Position numbers and translations under genes: made by a program | In this document: positions 44,708 through 53,500 of the stretch, one piece after another | How the letters are laid out: each line of letters opens with the position of its first letter | How positions within the stretch are numbered: position 1 is the first letter of the stretch | Notes under the pieces: generated by a model | Told to the model about the DNA's origin: nothing | Databases searched by the model: none | Seen by the model: the letters and a program-made list of their open reading frames with translations, nothing else | Assembly (NCBI GenBank): GCA_963575745.1 | Contig: CAUYUJ010000181.1 | Span: 372,001-436,000 of the forward strand | DNA length: 64,000 nucleotides | Direction: 5' to 3' | Source of the DNA: Prorocentrum cordatum | Lineage: Eukaryota

Positions 44708-47700
44708 TCATCCGCGCTGGCCGCCGCGCACCCTCGCCCGCGTGAGCTGGACCCTCGTGAGGGGTACAGCAGACTGTGCCACCTCTAAAGTAAGAGGTTC
44801 AGGTGGCATGAAGAGCGAGCGGAGATTCACGAACAGGAGATAGGCAGCAGCGGGGACGGTAAGACTAGAGATGGTCGGGAGAAAAACACCAGAGCGACAG
44901 ATCGGACAGTAATGAACTTGGGAGCACAAAACAGATTCGAGAAGCTGGATGAAGCGTGGGCAGCACCAATAGTGGACGAAGCTGTCGGGGCCGCCGCAGC
45001 CCAGCAGACAGCACAAGGGCACACTGTCGTGAAACCGCACGGCTGTGATCCAACTACCAGATAGAGTCTTCCATATCGCATTCACTAAAGGGCCTCTCAT
45101 TCGAATGAGAAGCTCGCGGACCTCTTCCCATTTCACGTGCACCAGGACCTCCGCGGCCTCAGGGAACCAACGGGCCCAACGCTCCGAGAAAACAACGTCC
45201 AGGGAATCGGGGAAGAGTTCTCGTTGGAAAATCTTCAGCAGTCTACCTTGCATCTTCACATTCTTAGGGGGGCGAGAGAGGGCGGAGGCAGAGGTCAGGA
45301 GCTCCAGCGCAGCCTCACGGGCGATCGATCCAGCCCGAGCCAGGTCCCGAGAGCGGGAGAAGCCACCGGCCGCATCCGAGAGATGCTCCACAAACGCTGG
45401 TGACTGCCAGAAGCGCGGGGACAGTTTCCCTGCCGAGAGATCAACGATCTCAAGATGGCGAGAAGCAAACTCAGACAGCTGTTCCAAGAGCATTCGATAT
45501 TCAGGGAACGTGTTGACAGCTGCTCTCATAAGAGTGGCACAACTCAAGGACCTCACGCTCGTGAGTTGCGGTCCTCCCCACAGGTGAAGCGAGAACCAGC
45601 CACTCCGAGGAAGCGTGCAATGGGGGACTTTGAAGAGAGAGGCGAAGGAGGCATGCTCAATACGAGAGAGAGGGGCAGGAAGGGCAGGGCAAAGCTCAGG
45701 GATGGGACAGAATTGGGCGACATAGGTAAGGGTTGAGACGGCACGGCTAGAGTACATATACTCTGTGATGGCCGGCGGCGCGCCGACTTTGGCAATCTGC
45801 ACTGTACGTCCTGCCCATTTCAAAAGAGGCTTGTGCCAGCTCTCAGTGGTCACACTGGGCCCAAGAATCATGCCAAGATAGGTCAGGGAACTCACAACCT
45901 GGAACGCTCCCCAGTCGGGGAGAAAGTTCTGAAGCCAGAATCGATACTTGGCGACGAGGGTGGCCGAGAAGGGGCCCGCAAGAGGAACCAGGAAACACTT
46001 GGCATACTTGAGCTTGAGACAAGCGAGGGCCTCACTGCAGTCGAATACGGCCTTCAGCTGAAGTAGATCACGAAGCGCTGAAACCACAGATCCAATATCA
46101 TCAGCACAAGCCCTGGCCATACTCATCTGGCGTTCTCGAGCTCGACCTATGAGATCTTCTCGCAGCTCGCCAGGTGGCACATCATTCTGAGCTTCCAGCC
46201 GCTTCCACATATCCACGAGAAAGGGGTGGCTCCCGACGGCGAAAAGGGCGCCAGACCCTGGGCATCCTTGAATGATCCCCGACATGATGTAAAACAAGAA
46301 ACAGCATACTCTGCCGAAAGTACCAAAGCAGCGAACGTTCGTATACAACGTCTCTACGAAGATCTGCATGGGCAGCGGCACATGGAAGGCAGCAAGCGTC
46401 ATCATGATCCATCGGTGCGCGACCGACGGGAAGGCCTGTCCGTAATCGAAAGATATCAAGGCTGGAAGCCGAGCAGCGGCATCGGGGAGCATCGAAACCA
46501 TTCGGGCTCGCACGTCGAGCTCGAGGATATTTAGACCAAAATTCCTCCCTCCGACGAATCCCCTTTGAGAATAGTGGACTTTATCACCCAGTCGACGTGA
46601 TAAACTCTCGAAAACGACGCCCGTGACCAGCTTGTTCGACGATTGTTTTAGTCCTAGAGGCCGGGTAGCTTCAGCGTTCCGAACGATCATATGGGAATCC
46701 TGCTCCTCATCTCCTTTGGCTATGAATACTCCTCGAACATCATTGAAGGCTGGTAACATGCTCCTCCCACTTAATAACCACCAAACCACCTCATCTAGAA
46801 TGTTAAGACCGTGTGGATGTCGTTTCCATGCTCGATAGGGGAGGCCATCCAACCCTGGGGAACTATCTTCCGCACGTTCGATACGCCGTTGAAGAGCATG
46901 CAGGGATGGAGGGGGAAGGTCAGAAAGATCAATACCATCACAATGCTGACGAAGATAAGATTGGGCAGCTGGAACATTGATGGATTTTTCTGCAAACACG
47001 GGTCGCCAATGTTCCCCAAGCTCTTGGAGGACAGCAGCTGGTGACGAGACAACCGACTCCCCATCGGAGGCTCGTACTCCTTGCAGGGTCATTCTGCGAT
47101 CAAAAGGCGTCCAGAGGCGGCCCCTGCGATGCGTGCACTTAAGCCGTCGCCTGGCTTTCGCTCTGGCGGGCTCTGCACTGGCATTCGCAATGTCTTGTTT
47201 GTATTTAGCTTCTCGTTGTTTGGCAATAGTGAGGTGAATCTCATTGGCTCGCCTCTGGAACTCTGGCGGGTCAATCAACTCCACTGTCCCCTCCAGCAGG
47301 TTGATCTGTAGAAACTCCTTACCTGGAGCGTGAGATCGCCAAACACGGTGCGCTAGACGCACATCCTGCCTCCAGAGGCATCTCCCGATACTTTTGATGA
47401 CCAGGAGCTGGGTAAAACTCGATGATGGTGATTTTCGAATCAAGGAGTCCCGAGCGATCTTGGCGGCCTCACGCATCATCTCAGTCTGAAACGCTAGCCT
47501 CAAGGGTGGTGTCATCCTGCTCTGGTCACACTCAGCCTCTACCGCTTCCAGGAACCGAACGTAGTCAGGATGTTCGCAGACTTCGGGGGCAACTGGCCTC
47601 TCAGAGGCCGGGATAGATCCAGCAGGTTTGAGGGTGACCTGGATCGGGGCGTGGTCGGATATCCCTTTCTTGCTGAGAATATCAGGGTATTCAACTACCT

Positions 47701-48433
47701 TCCCTTCGACGGACATCTGCAGGAGCATCCACCCAGGCATCGAAATAAACTGCCGATCTATGTAGCTGAGCATCCGCGTCGGCTGGTAATGATGGGTAGG
47801 TTCTGGCACTTCTAATTCCACCATCCTCCTCAACACCTCCATCCACCCACCGTCCTGCGTACTCCTCCACTCCTGAAGATACCGAAGCGTCTGCTCATCT
47901 ACTTCCGCCTCAGGTTCCTTGCGTGGCGGCGTGCATGCAAAGTTGAAATCACCTGATATGACGACAAGCAACGCAGACGGGTCCGCCTCTGCGACCTCGA
48001 GGTCGTACTTAATTGAATCCAAGGCCTTCTTCTTAGCTATGGATCCTAGCTGGTAGTTGTGAACATTGTAGTGGACGACGGCAAAATCCCCAAAATCAAT
48101 CGCAACTCTGAGAACTCGACCTGGGACCTGAACTTCTGGAAGAATCAGAGGGGCCTCGGAACCAAGGTGCAGGAATTTCGGCACAAAGGTCGTGACACCT
48201 CCGGCATTGGAACTTGAACAGAACGAGCTAAATGCGGTATATCTATGATGCAGATTGTGCTGATAAAGAAGGTCTTGGACTTGTAACTCACTACCGTGGC
48301 ATTCTTGCACCCCTATGATACTGCCTGGAAGAAAGAGTTGACGGAGGAGATGGGCTTTCCTTTCTTGGAGGGGGAGTTCGTGATGGAAGAGGGCTCGGGC
48401 ATTCCAGGATGATAGTATCAAAGGCAAGATCAT
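44708..48433 (-). CDS. LINE ORF2: APE endonuclease + reverse transcriptase + C-terminal CCHC motif (~1241 aa from ATG 48433)
   Basis: EN: SWNARAL, GVQECH, AGGV, NVHNY, ISGDFN, YIDR, SDHAPI. RT: SSPGLDGLPY, RPLGL, QRGFVGGR, FDYGQAFPSV, SGIIQGCPGS, ACADDIG, YLG. C-terminus: CLLGC...HYWCC. Confidence 0.95.
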   Translation of the reverse strand: MILPLILSSWNARALFHHELPLQERKAHLLRQLFLPGSIIGVQECHGSELQVQDLLYQHNLHHRYTAFSSFCSSSNAGGVTTFVPKFLHLGSEAPLILPEVQVPGRVLRVAIDFGDFAVVHYNVHNYQLGSIAKKKALDSIKYDLEVAEADPSALLVVISGDFNFACTPPRKEPEAEVDEQTLRYLQEWRSTQDGGWMEVLRRMVELEVPEPTHHYQPTRMLSYIDRQFISMPGWMLLQMSVEGKVVEYPDILSKKGISDHAPIQVTLKPAGSIPASERPVAPEVCEHPDYVRFLEAVEAECDQSRMTPPLRLAFQTEMMREAAKIARDSLIRKSPSSSFTQLLVIKSIGRCLWRQDVRLAHRVWRSHAPGKEFLQINLLEGTVELIDPPEFQRRANEIHLTIAKQREAKYKQDIANASAEPARAKARRRLKCTHRRGRLWTPFDRRMTLQGVRASDGESVVSSPAAVLQELGEHWRPVFAEKSINVPAAQSYLRQHCDGIDLSDLPPPSLHALQRRIERAEDSSPGLDGLPYRAWKRHPHGLNILDEVVWWLLSGRSMLPAFNDVRGVFIAKGDEEQDSHMIVRNAEATRPLGLKQSSNKLVTGVVFESLSRRLGDKVHYSQRGFVGGRNFGLNILELDVRARMVSMLPDAAARLPALISFDYGQAFPSVAHRWIMMTLAAFHVPLPMQIFVETLYTNVRCFGTFGRVCCFLFYIMSGIIQGCPGSGALFAVGSHPFLVDMWKRLEAQNDVPPGELREDLIGRARERQMSMARACADDIGSVVSALRDLLQLKAVFDCSEALACLKLKYAKCFLVPLAGPFSATLVAKYRFWLQNFLPDWGAFQVVSSLTYLGMILGPSVTTESWHKPLLKWAGRTVQIAKVGAPPAITEYMYSSRAVSTLTYVAQFCPIPELCPALPAPLSRIEHASFASLFKVPHCTLPRSGWFSLHLWGGPQLTSVRSLSCATLMRAAVNTFPEYRMLLEQLSEFASRHLEIVDLSAGKLSPRFWQSPAFVEHLSDAAGGFSRSRDLARAGSIAREAALELLTSASALSRPPKNVKMQGRLLKIFQRELFPDSLDVVFSERWARWFPEAAEVLVHVKWEEVRELLIRMRGPLVNAIWKTLSGSWITAVRFHDSVPLCCLLGCGGPDSFVHYWCCPRFIQLLESVLCSQVHYCPICRSGVFLPTISSLTVPAAAYLLFVNLRSLFMPPEPLTLEVAQSAVPLTRVQLTRARVRGGQRG

Positions 48434-48467
48434 GCCTCTCTCGTCGCGCCAATGGCGCTGGAGCCCG

Positions 48468-49484
48468 CTAAAGAGACCACTGAGGAGGTGCTGCGACGTG
48501 TCCTGATGCATGGAAGCGTTGGAGCACAAGATCTTTGTCCAGCCCCAAGGCGAGCATGTTGGGCACACACCATTCCAGGACGGGCTCCTCGTCTCCTGGT
48601 TTGGGCGTGAAACGTACCAGAGGCTTCCAGTTCGCCGACAGCTCGCCTTTCGCCTTGTCGGTGAAGAGGCGCAGGTTGCCATCGACCTCTTGGAAGGCCT
48701 TCCGCAACTGCTTGAGGCCGAGTTCCTTCTTGACCATGGCGGGGTTCTTGTCCGTGCTGACGTATATCTCACAATTCGCACCAAGCATGTCTTTGCACGC
48801 GTGATGTTCCCACTGTCCATTTCCGAGTCGTAGTGCTCCCATCGCCTGGGCCACCTTCCTTGCGGCGTAGGTGGCGTTCCCCTTGATGCGGAAGACGAAC
48901 CGCTTCCCTGCAGGCTCCGACTGGTAGTCATAGTCATCTGGTGCAAGCTGGGCACGGGCCAACCAGTCAGCCAGAGCTCCTTGAACTGCACTACGACTGC
49001 ATACATTCTTCGTCCTGGCGACGATGATGCACGGGTCAACCATCCTGTTGAAGGACGTGTCGGTGACCACGGTCTGCGGCTCTTCGTTCTTGATGCACTG
49101 CAATAGTTCCTGTAGCTGGGAGACTCGTCGCTCCAGGGTCGCGACACGGTTGTTGGTGCTCTTCTGCTCGGCCTGCAGCTCCGCGTAGCGCATCTCCACC
49201 CTCTTGGTGATGGCGTCGCAGTTGGCCGAGATGGTGGAGCTGAACTGCGTGACACTGGCGTGCAGCTTGGCGACGGCTCCGAGCATCTCTCCACGGGTGG
49301 AATCAACCACAGCGCGCAGATTAGCAACAGCTTCAAGAGGATCCTCGGCAAGACGGGCAGTCTTGCTCGGGGGGCTCGTACTGCCACCTGTCGCTCCAGC
49401 CTCCTGGGACGGGAACGTGGCCATGGCGTCGAGTTCCTCTGCCAGCCGTCGAGCCTCGGGGCTGCTCGGCATGGCATGGGCCAT
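48468..49484 (-). CDS. LINE ORF1 (338 aa; N-terminal coiled coil, putative RNA-binding C-terminal half)
   Basis: Uninterrupted ORF directly upstream of ORF2, with the heptad segment VEMRYAELQAEQKSTNNRVATLERRVSQLQELL. Confidence 0.85.
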   Translation of the reverse strand: MAHAMPSSPEARRLAEELDAMATFPSQEAGATGGSTSPPSKTARLAEDPLEAVANLRAVVDSTRGEMLGAVAKLHASVTQFSSTISANCDAITKRVEMRYAELQAEQKSTNNRVATLERRVSQLQELLQCIKNEEPQTVVTDTSFNRMVDPCIIVARTKNVCSRSAVQGALADWLARAQLAPDDYDYQSEPAGKRFVFRIKGNATYAARKVAQAMGALRLGNGQWEHHACKDMLGANCEIYVSTDKNPAMVKKELGLKQLRKAFQEVDGNLRLFTDKAKGELSANWKPLVRFTPKPGDEEPVLEWCVPNMLALGLDKDLVLQRFHASGHVAAPPQWSL

Positions 49485-49619
49485 GCCACACAGTCAGATG
49501 CCAAAAAGATCTCACAGCGCCAGGCGGCTCCTGTGAGGATCGTGGGGTGAAGGCTGCGGGACTCGAGCCAGCCCCTCGCCTGCGTTCAAGCTAAAGCCGC
49601 CAGGGCACCGCGGTTTTAA

Positions 49620-49641
49620 CTTGAGCCAAAATGGCTACGGA
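49620..49641 (-). other. Perfect 22-nt dinoflagellate spliced leader (TCCGTAGCCATTTTGGCTCAAG)
   Basis: The plus strand reads CTTGAGCCAAAATGGCTACGGA, the exact reverse complement of DCCGTAGCCATTTTGGCTCAAG with D=T. Confidence 0.97.
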
Positions 49642-49690
49642 CCTCCTCCTCCTCCTCCTCCTCCTCCTCCTCCTCCTCCTCCTGCTCCTT
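49642..49690. repeat. (CCT)n tract forming the 5' flank of the intact LINE
   Basis: Direct inspection. Confidence 0.97.
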
Positions 49691-50379
49691 CTCGGCCCCT
49701 GGTCGGTCCTTCCCCTCCTCCTCCTCCCTGCCCTCCTTTCCTCCTCCCTCCTCACCCTCTGCCCTCTCCTCCCGCTGCCCCTCCCTCCCCTCCCCCTCTC
49801 CACGGGCCGCCCGAAGGAGAGTCCGCCGAGGACGGCGCGCGTGAGCCACGTGCAGCGACACGTGCCCGGTGACCAGGCACTCCGGCCCCTCCTGGCGGGG
49901 CGCGGCGCCCCCGGCCGGGCCAGCCAGGTGGATCGGCGAGGGGATCGCATCGGCCTTGCGCCGAGACGGGCCGCGCGGGCCAGACAGCCTGGCGCCGGAG
50001 CGGCAGGCTCTCGCTAGAAGGGAGGAGGAGGAGGAGGAGGAGGAGGAGGAGGAGGAGGAGGAGAACTCTCGGCCAAGTCTGCGGGACCCGTCGTTCATCC
50101 TGAGACGCTTCGGGAATCCCAGGGGCCGACGGGGGCCCCTGAAGGCCGACAGCAATGAGAAACCTCGGCATGGTGGGGCAGCTGCGTCGGTCAGCACGGC
50201 TGCTTGGCGCGTCAACGGGGGGAGGCAACGGACGGGGGCGATCCGGGGCTGCAGGGAGGGCGCGGCCCTCAGCTGCCACCGCACGACCGAGAGGTGCTCG
50301 ACACGGTGCGCCTTTCTCAACCCCACCACCGTACCTCCCGTTTGTTTTCCCCCCCCCCGCTGCCGTCCTCCTGGCAGTA

Positions 50380-50539
50380 GGTCGGTCGGGCATGTCCTCC
50401 TGCAGGCGGATTTGGAAGATTTCTTGTTTTTTATCTAAAAGGTCTAGCAATACCAAACATCGTCGAAACCTAATCGAAACATCGTCCACCGACCTATCTC
50501 GAAGATTCCTCTTGTTGGGGGACATGCCCGACTTAAGCC
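50380..50539. mobile_element. MITE family A copy
   Basis: GTCGGGCATGTCC...GGACATGCCCGACTTAAGCC; the flanks TGGCAGTA/TGGCAGGG could be a decayed 8-bp TSD. Confidence 0.8.
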
Positions 50540-53500
50540 TGGCAGGGGGGCCAGGGGGGGACTCCGAGCTCGAGCCAGGCGCCTCTCCTGGGAGGATGGC
50601 TTCCTGAGTAACCCGGCCTGCCCAAAGTGGGCTCAGCGGCCCCCAAGAGCCTCCACAGCGGGGAAGGAGGCTTCGGAGTCGAGGCGGAACCCCGGCATTG
50701 TGACTCTCACATTACATGGGCCACGGAGTTCTGGACCCCCTCTCCGAGGGGGCAACGTCTCTCCTCGCGGGCGGGTAGTTTTTCGATGGCCCGCGGTGTG
50801 GAAGGAATGAGTGTGCCTGAGAGCCGAACTGCATGTGCCCCCCCCCCCCGGGGGACAGAGCCCGCACTAGGAGTCGGGATGCCACCCCCGGAGACGCGTG
50901 CGCCTCGAGGGCAGCGCACAGGGAGGGTGGAGGTGGAGAGATGCGGGCGCCGCCGCCGGCACGGCCCGCACCATCTTCACACGGGGCCCCAGGGCCCGCT
51001 CCTGGCGGCCGGAGCAAGCCGAAGAACCAACCGCCGGGACTCCTCAGATCCATCCGCCAGAGCCCCGAGCCGCACGGTCGGGAGCTTGTGCCTCGCGCGT
51101 CGCCGCGGCGGCAGACGCCCTGCCCCCTGCGCCAGCGCACGACACTGCGTGTCGCTCCGCTCCGCGGGGCGGGAGGCTGGGAGAGGCTCGGGACGTGGCG
51201 CCTGGGGATCGGGAAGCGGACAGCGCGTCGCACCGACGCGAGGTTGGCCAGAACCGGCGGCGTGGCACGCTGTCCCGACAGTTCCCAGCCTTCTGTGAGG
51301 AGCGAGCAGCACGCGCCCATACCCATAGGGGCATCGGAGGGAGGAGGGCTGGCTATGGGCATGGGTGCGGGCTATCGGACCCCAGGGGGAAGCTCCCCTT
51401 CGAGCGGGGGCCCCCATCCGACCACACGCACACAGAGCCCCCTCCGTCCCTTCCCCCATGGGTTTGGGTGTGCGGTGTGCGTTGGTCATTCGGTGGTTTG
51501 GACTTTCTTTCCCTGGGCCTTCTGCAACGCCCCGCCGCCGGGCACGGGAGCCCTCAGCCAACGCCGGCGCAGCCGGCGCTCCTGGGCGGCGGGGGAGCCA
51601 GCAGGAGGCCAGATGGCCGAGGGGCCCACGGGTGTAATGTTAGGCCAAAGGGGGGCAGGGACAAAGGGGGAGCAGGGGGGGAGCAAGAGGAGAGAGGAGG
51701 AGGAGGAGGAGGAGGAGGAGGGGGAGGAGGAGGAGGAGGAGGAGGAGGATAAGGAGAAGAAGGAGGAGGAGGAGGAGGAACAAGGAGAAAAAAAGGTCGA
51801 AGAGGGAGGAGGAGGTGGAGGAGAATGAGGATGGGGAGGGTGAGGAGGAGGAGGAGGAGGAGGAGGAGGAGGAGGAGGAGGAGGAGGAGGAGGAGGAGGA
51901 GGAAGAGGTCCCTGCCCATATGGAGAGAAGGGGTTAAGGGGGGAGGGACCTAAACATCGGGTGGGGGTGCCAACCCGATGGAAGTATCCGCCACCGTGCT
52001 CCGAGGCACGATGTGGAGTGTAGGCAGGTGTCGAGTTCTGCCATGCTCTTTTTAAGGAGCCTGGAGCCCCGAGTTCCCGGGCTCCTCGCGTCCCCGCGTG
52101 CTGGGGCGTGTCCCCGCAGGGCCCCTCTGGCGGCAGAGGGGCCCAAGAACGGGCCAAGGGGGCCCCAAGAGGTCGCCAAGGCGGTCCAAGAGAGCCCCGA
52201 GTCGCCCAAGGATCGCCCCTGGACCCCCGAGATAGCCTCAACACTGCCCACGACGCCCCCAGGATGCCCCCCTGCGAGCCCCACGAGCGTCCCCAAGAGG
52301 GCTCCAAGAGGCAAGAATCGCTGACGGCTCTGATTGGCAGCAGATTTTAGCATTCTCTCGTCATTTCGGGCTCCCGACGCGCCAAGGCGGCCCAAGAGGC
52401 CTCCAAGATCGCCCCGAGAACACGCAGGATGCTTCCAAGAGGGCACCAACACGGCCCAAGATCGCCTCAAGACGGTCCAAGAAGCCCCCAAGATGGCCCA
52501 AGAGAGCCCGAAGACGGGGAACTCGAAGTGACACTTCGAGCCCAATCGATATTTGAGGGCCACTCCTTCCGTCAGCGGAAGAGTACACTGCATAAACTTA
52601 ACCTGTCGGTGGTCCACGCGGATTCTTGGATCGGCGCCGGAGGGTCCAGGGGGGCCCTTGCGCCGACCCACAGAACCCGCGCAGAACCACGACAAGTGAT
52701 GCTTGTGCGCTGCTTGCCTTCGTCGGTTCGCGCAGCCGGTTCTCTTCGCCGCACCGGGGAGCAGGCCGGCAGGGCTCGGTGTATACACCACGTCCTCTGG
52801 CCGGTCAAGGAGCTCGGCGGATGGACGCCCCGGCTTCTGGAGCTGGGGAGTTTGGGAGCGTCTATGCAGTGGAGGCCTGGCCACAAGGAACCTTCCACAA
52901 GAAACCCAACCCCGAGTCCCCAGGGCGTCCACTGAGTTTTGGCGTGAGAGCGTCGCGCTGTCCGTAGCAAAACAAAACCATCGAAGCCCAAGACACCCAG
53001 GGCACCCTGGAGGCAAGCAGGGTGTTGCCTGGCATGGGTTTCCACTGCACGCCGAATTCCTTCGCCGAGCCCTTGGCTCCCTGGCCGACCGATCGACGGG
53101 ATGTACGGTCGGCAACTCCTGCTTAAGTAGCGTGTCGCGCCGGCGGCCCCAGCTGCACGGAGGAGGAGGAGGAGCAGGAGCAGGAGGGGGAGGAGGAGGA
53201 GGAGGAGGAGGAGGAGGAGGAGGAGGAGGAGGAGGAGGAGGAGGAGGAGGAGGAGGAGGAGGAGGAGGAGGGGAGGAGGAGGAGGAGGAGGAGGAGGGAG
53301 GAGGAGGAGGAGGAGGAGGAGGAGGAGGAGGATCGGAGGCCCGAGGACGTGGTCGGCACGTCGCGCCGACGTGTGGTGGGCCAGCGCGGGCGGCGCGACA
53401 CGCTGCTGACCGCACGTCTGAGGCTCGGAGCAGGGCGAGGCGAGAGACGACGGCAGCTCACCATCGGCCCCCGGACCCACCACGGGGTCAAAACACATGC

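Larger units (their letters stand above)
44683..49641 (-). mobile_element. Intact full-length two-ORF LINE (L1/Tx1-like organisation) beginning with a perfect spliced leader and inserted in (GAG)n
   Basis: Order is SL, 5'UTR, ORF1, ORF2, short 3'UTR, with (GAG)n on both sides and no disabling mutations seen. Confidence 0.93.

Noticed and set aside
49620..49700. Spliced-leader RNA gene
   Set aside because: No GT donor or SL intron follows the 22-nt exon; it runs straight into a LINE 5'UTR.
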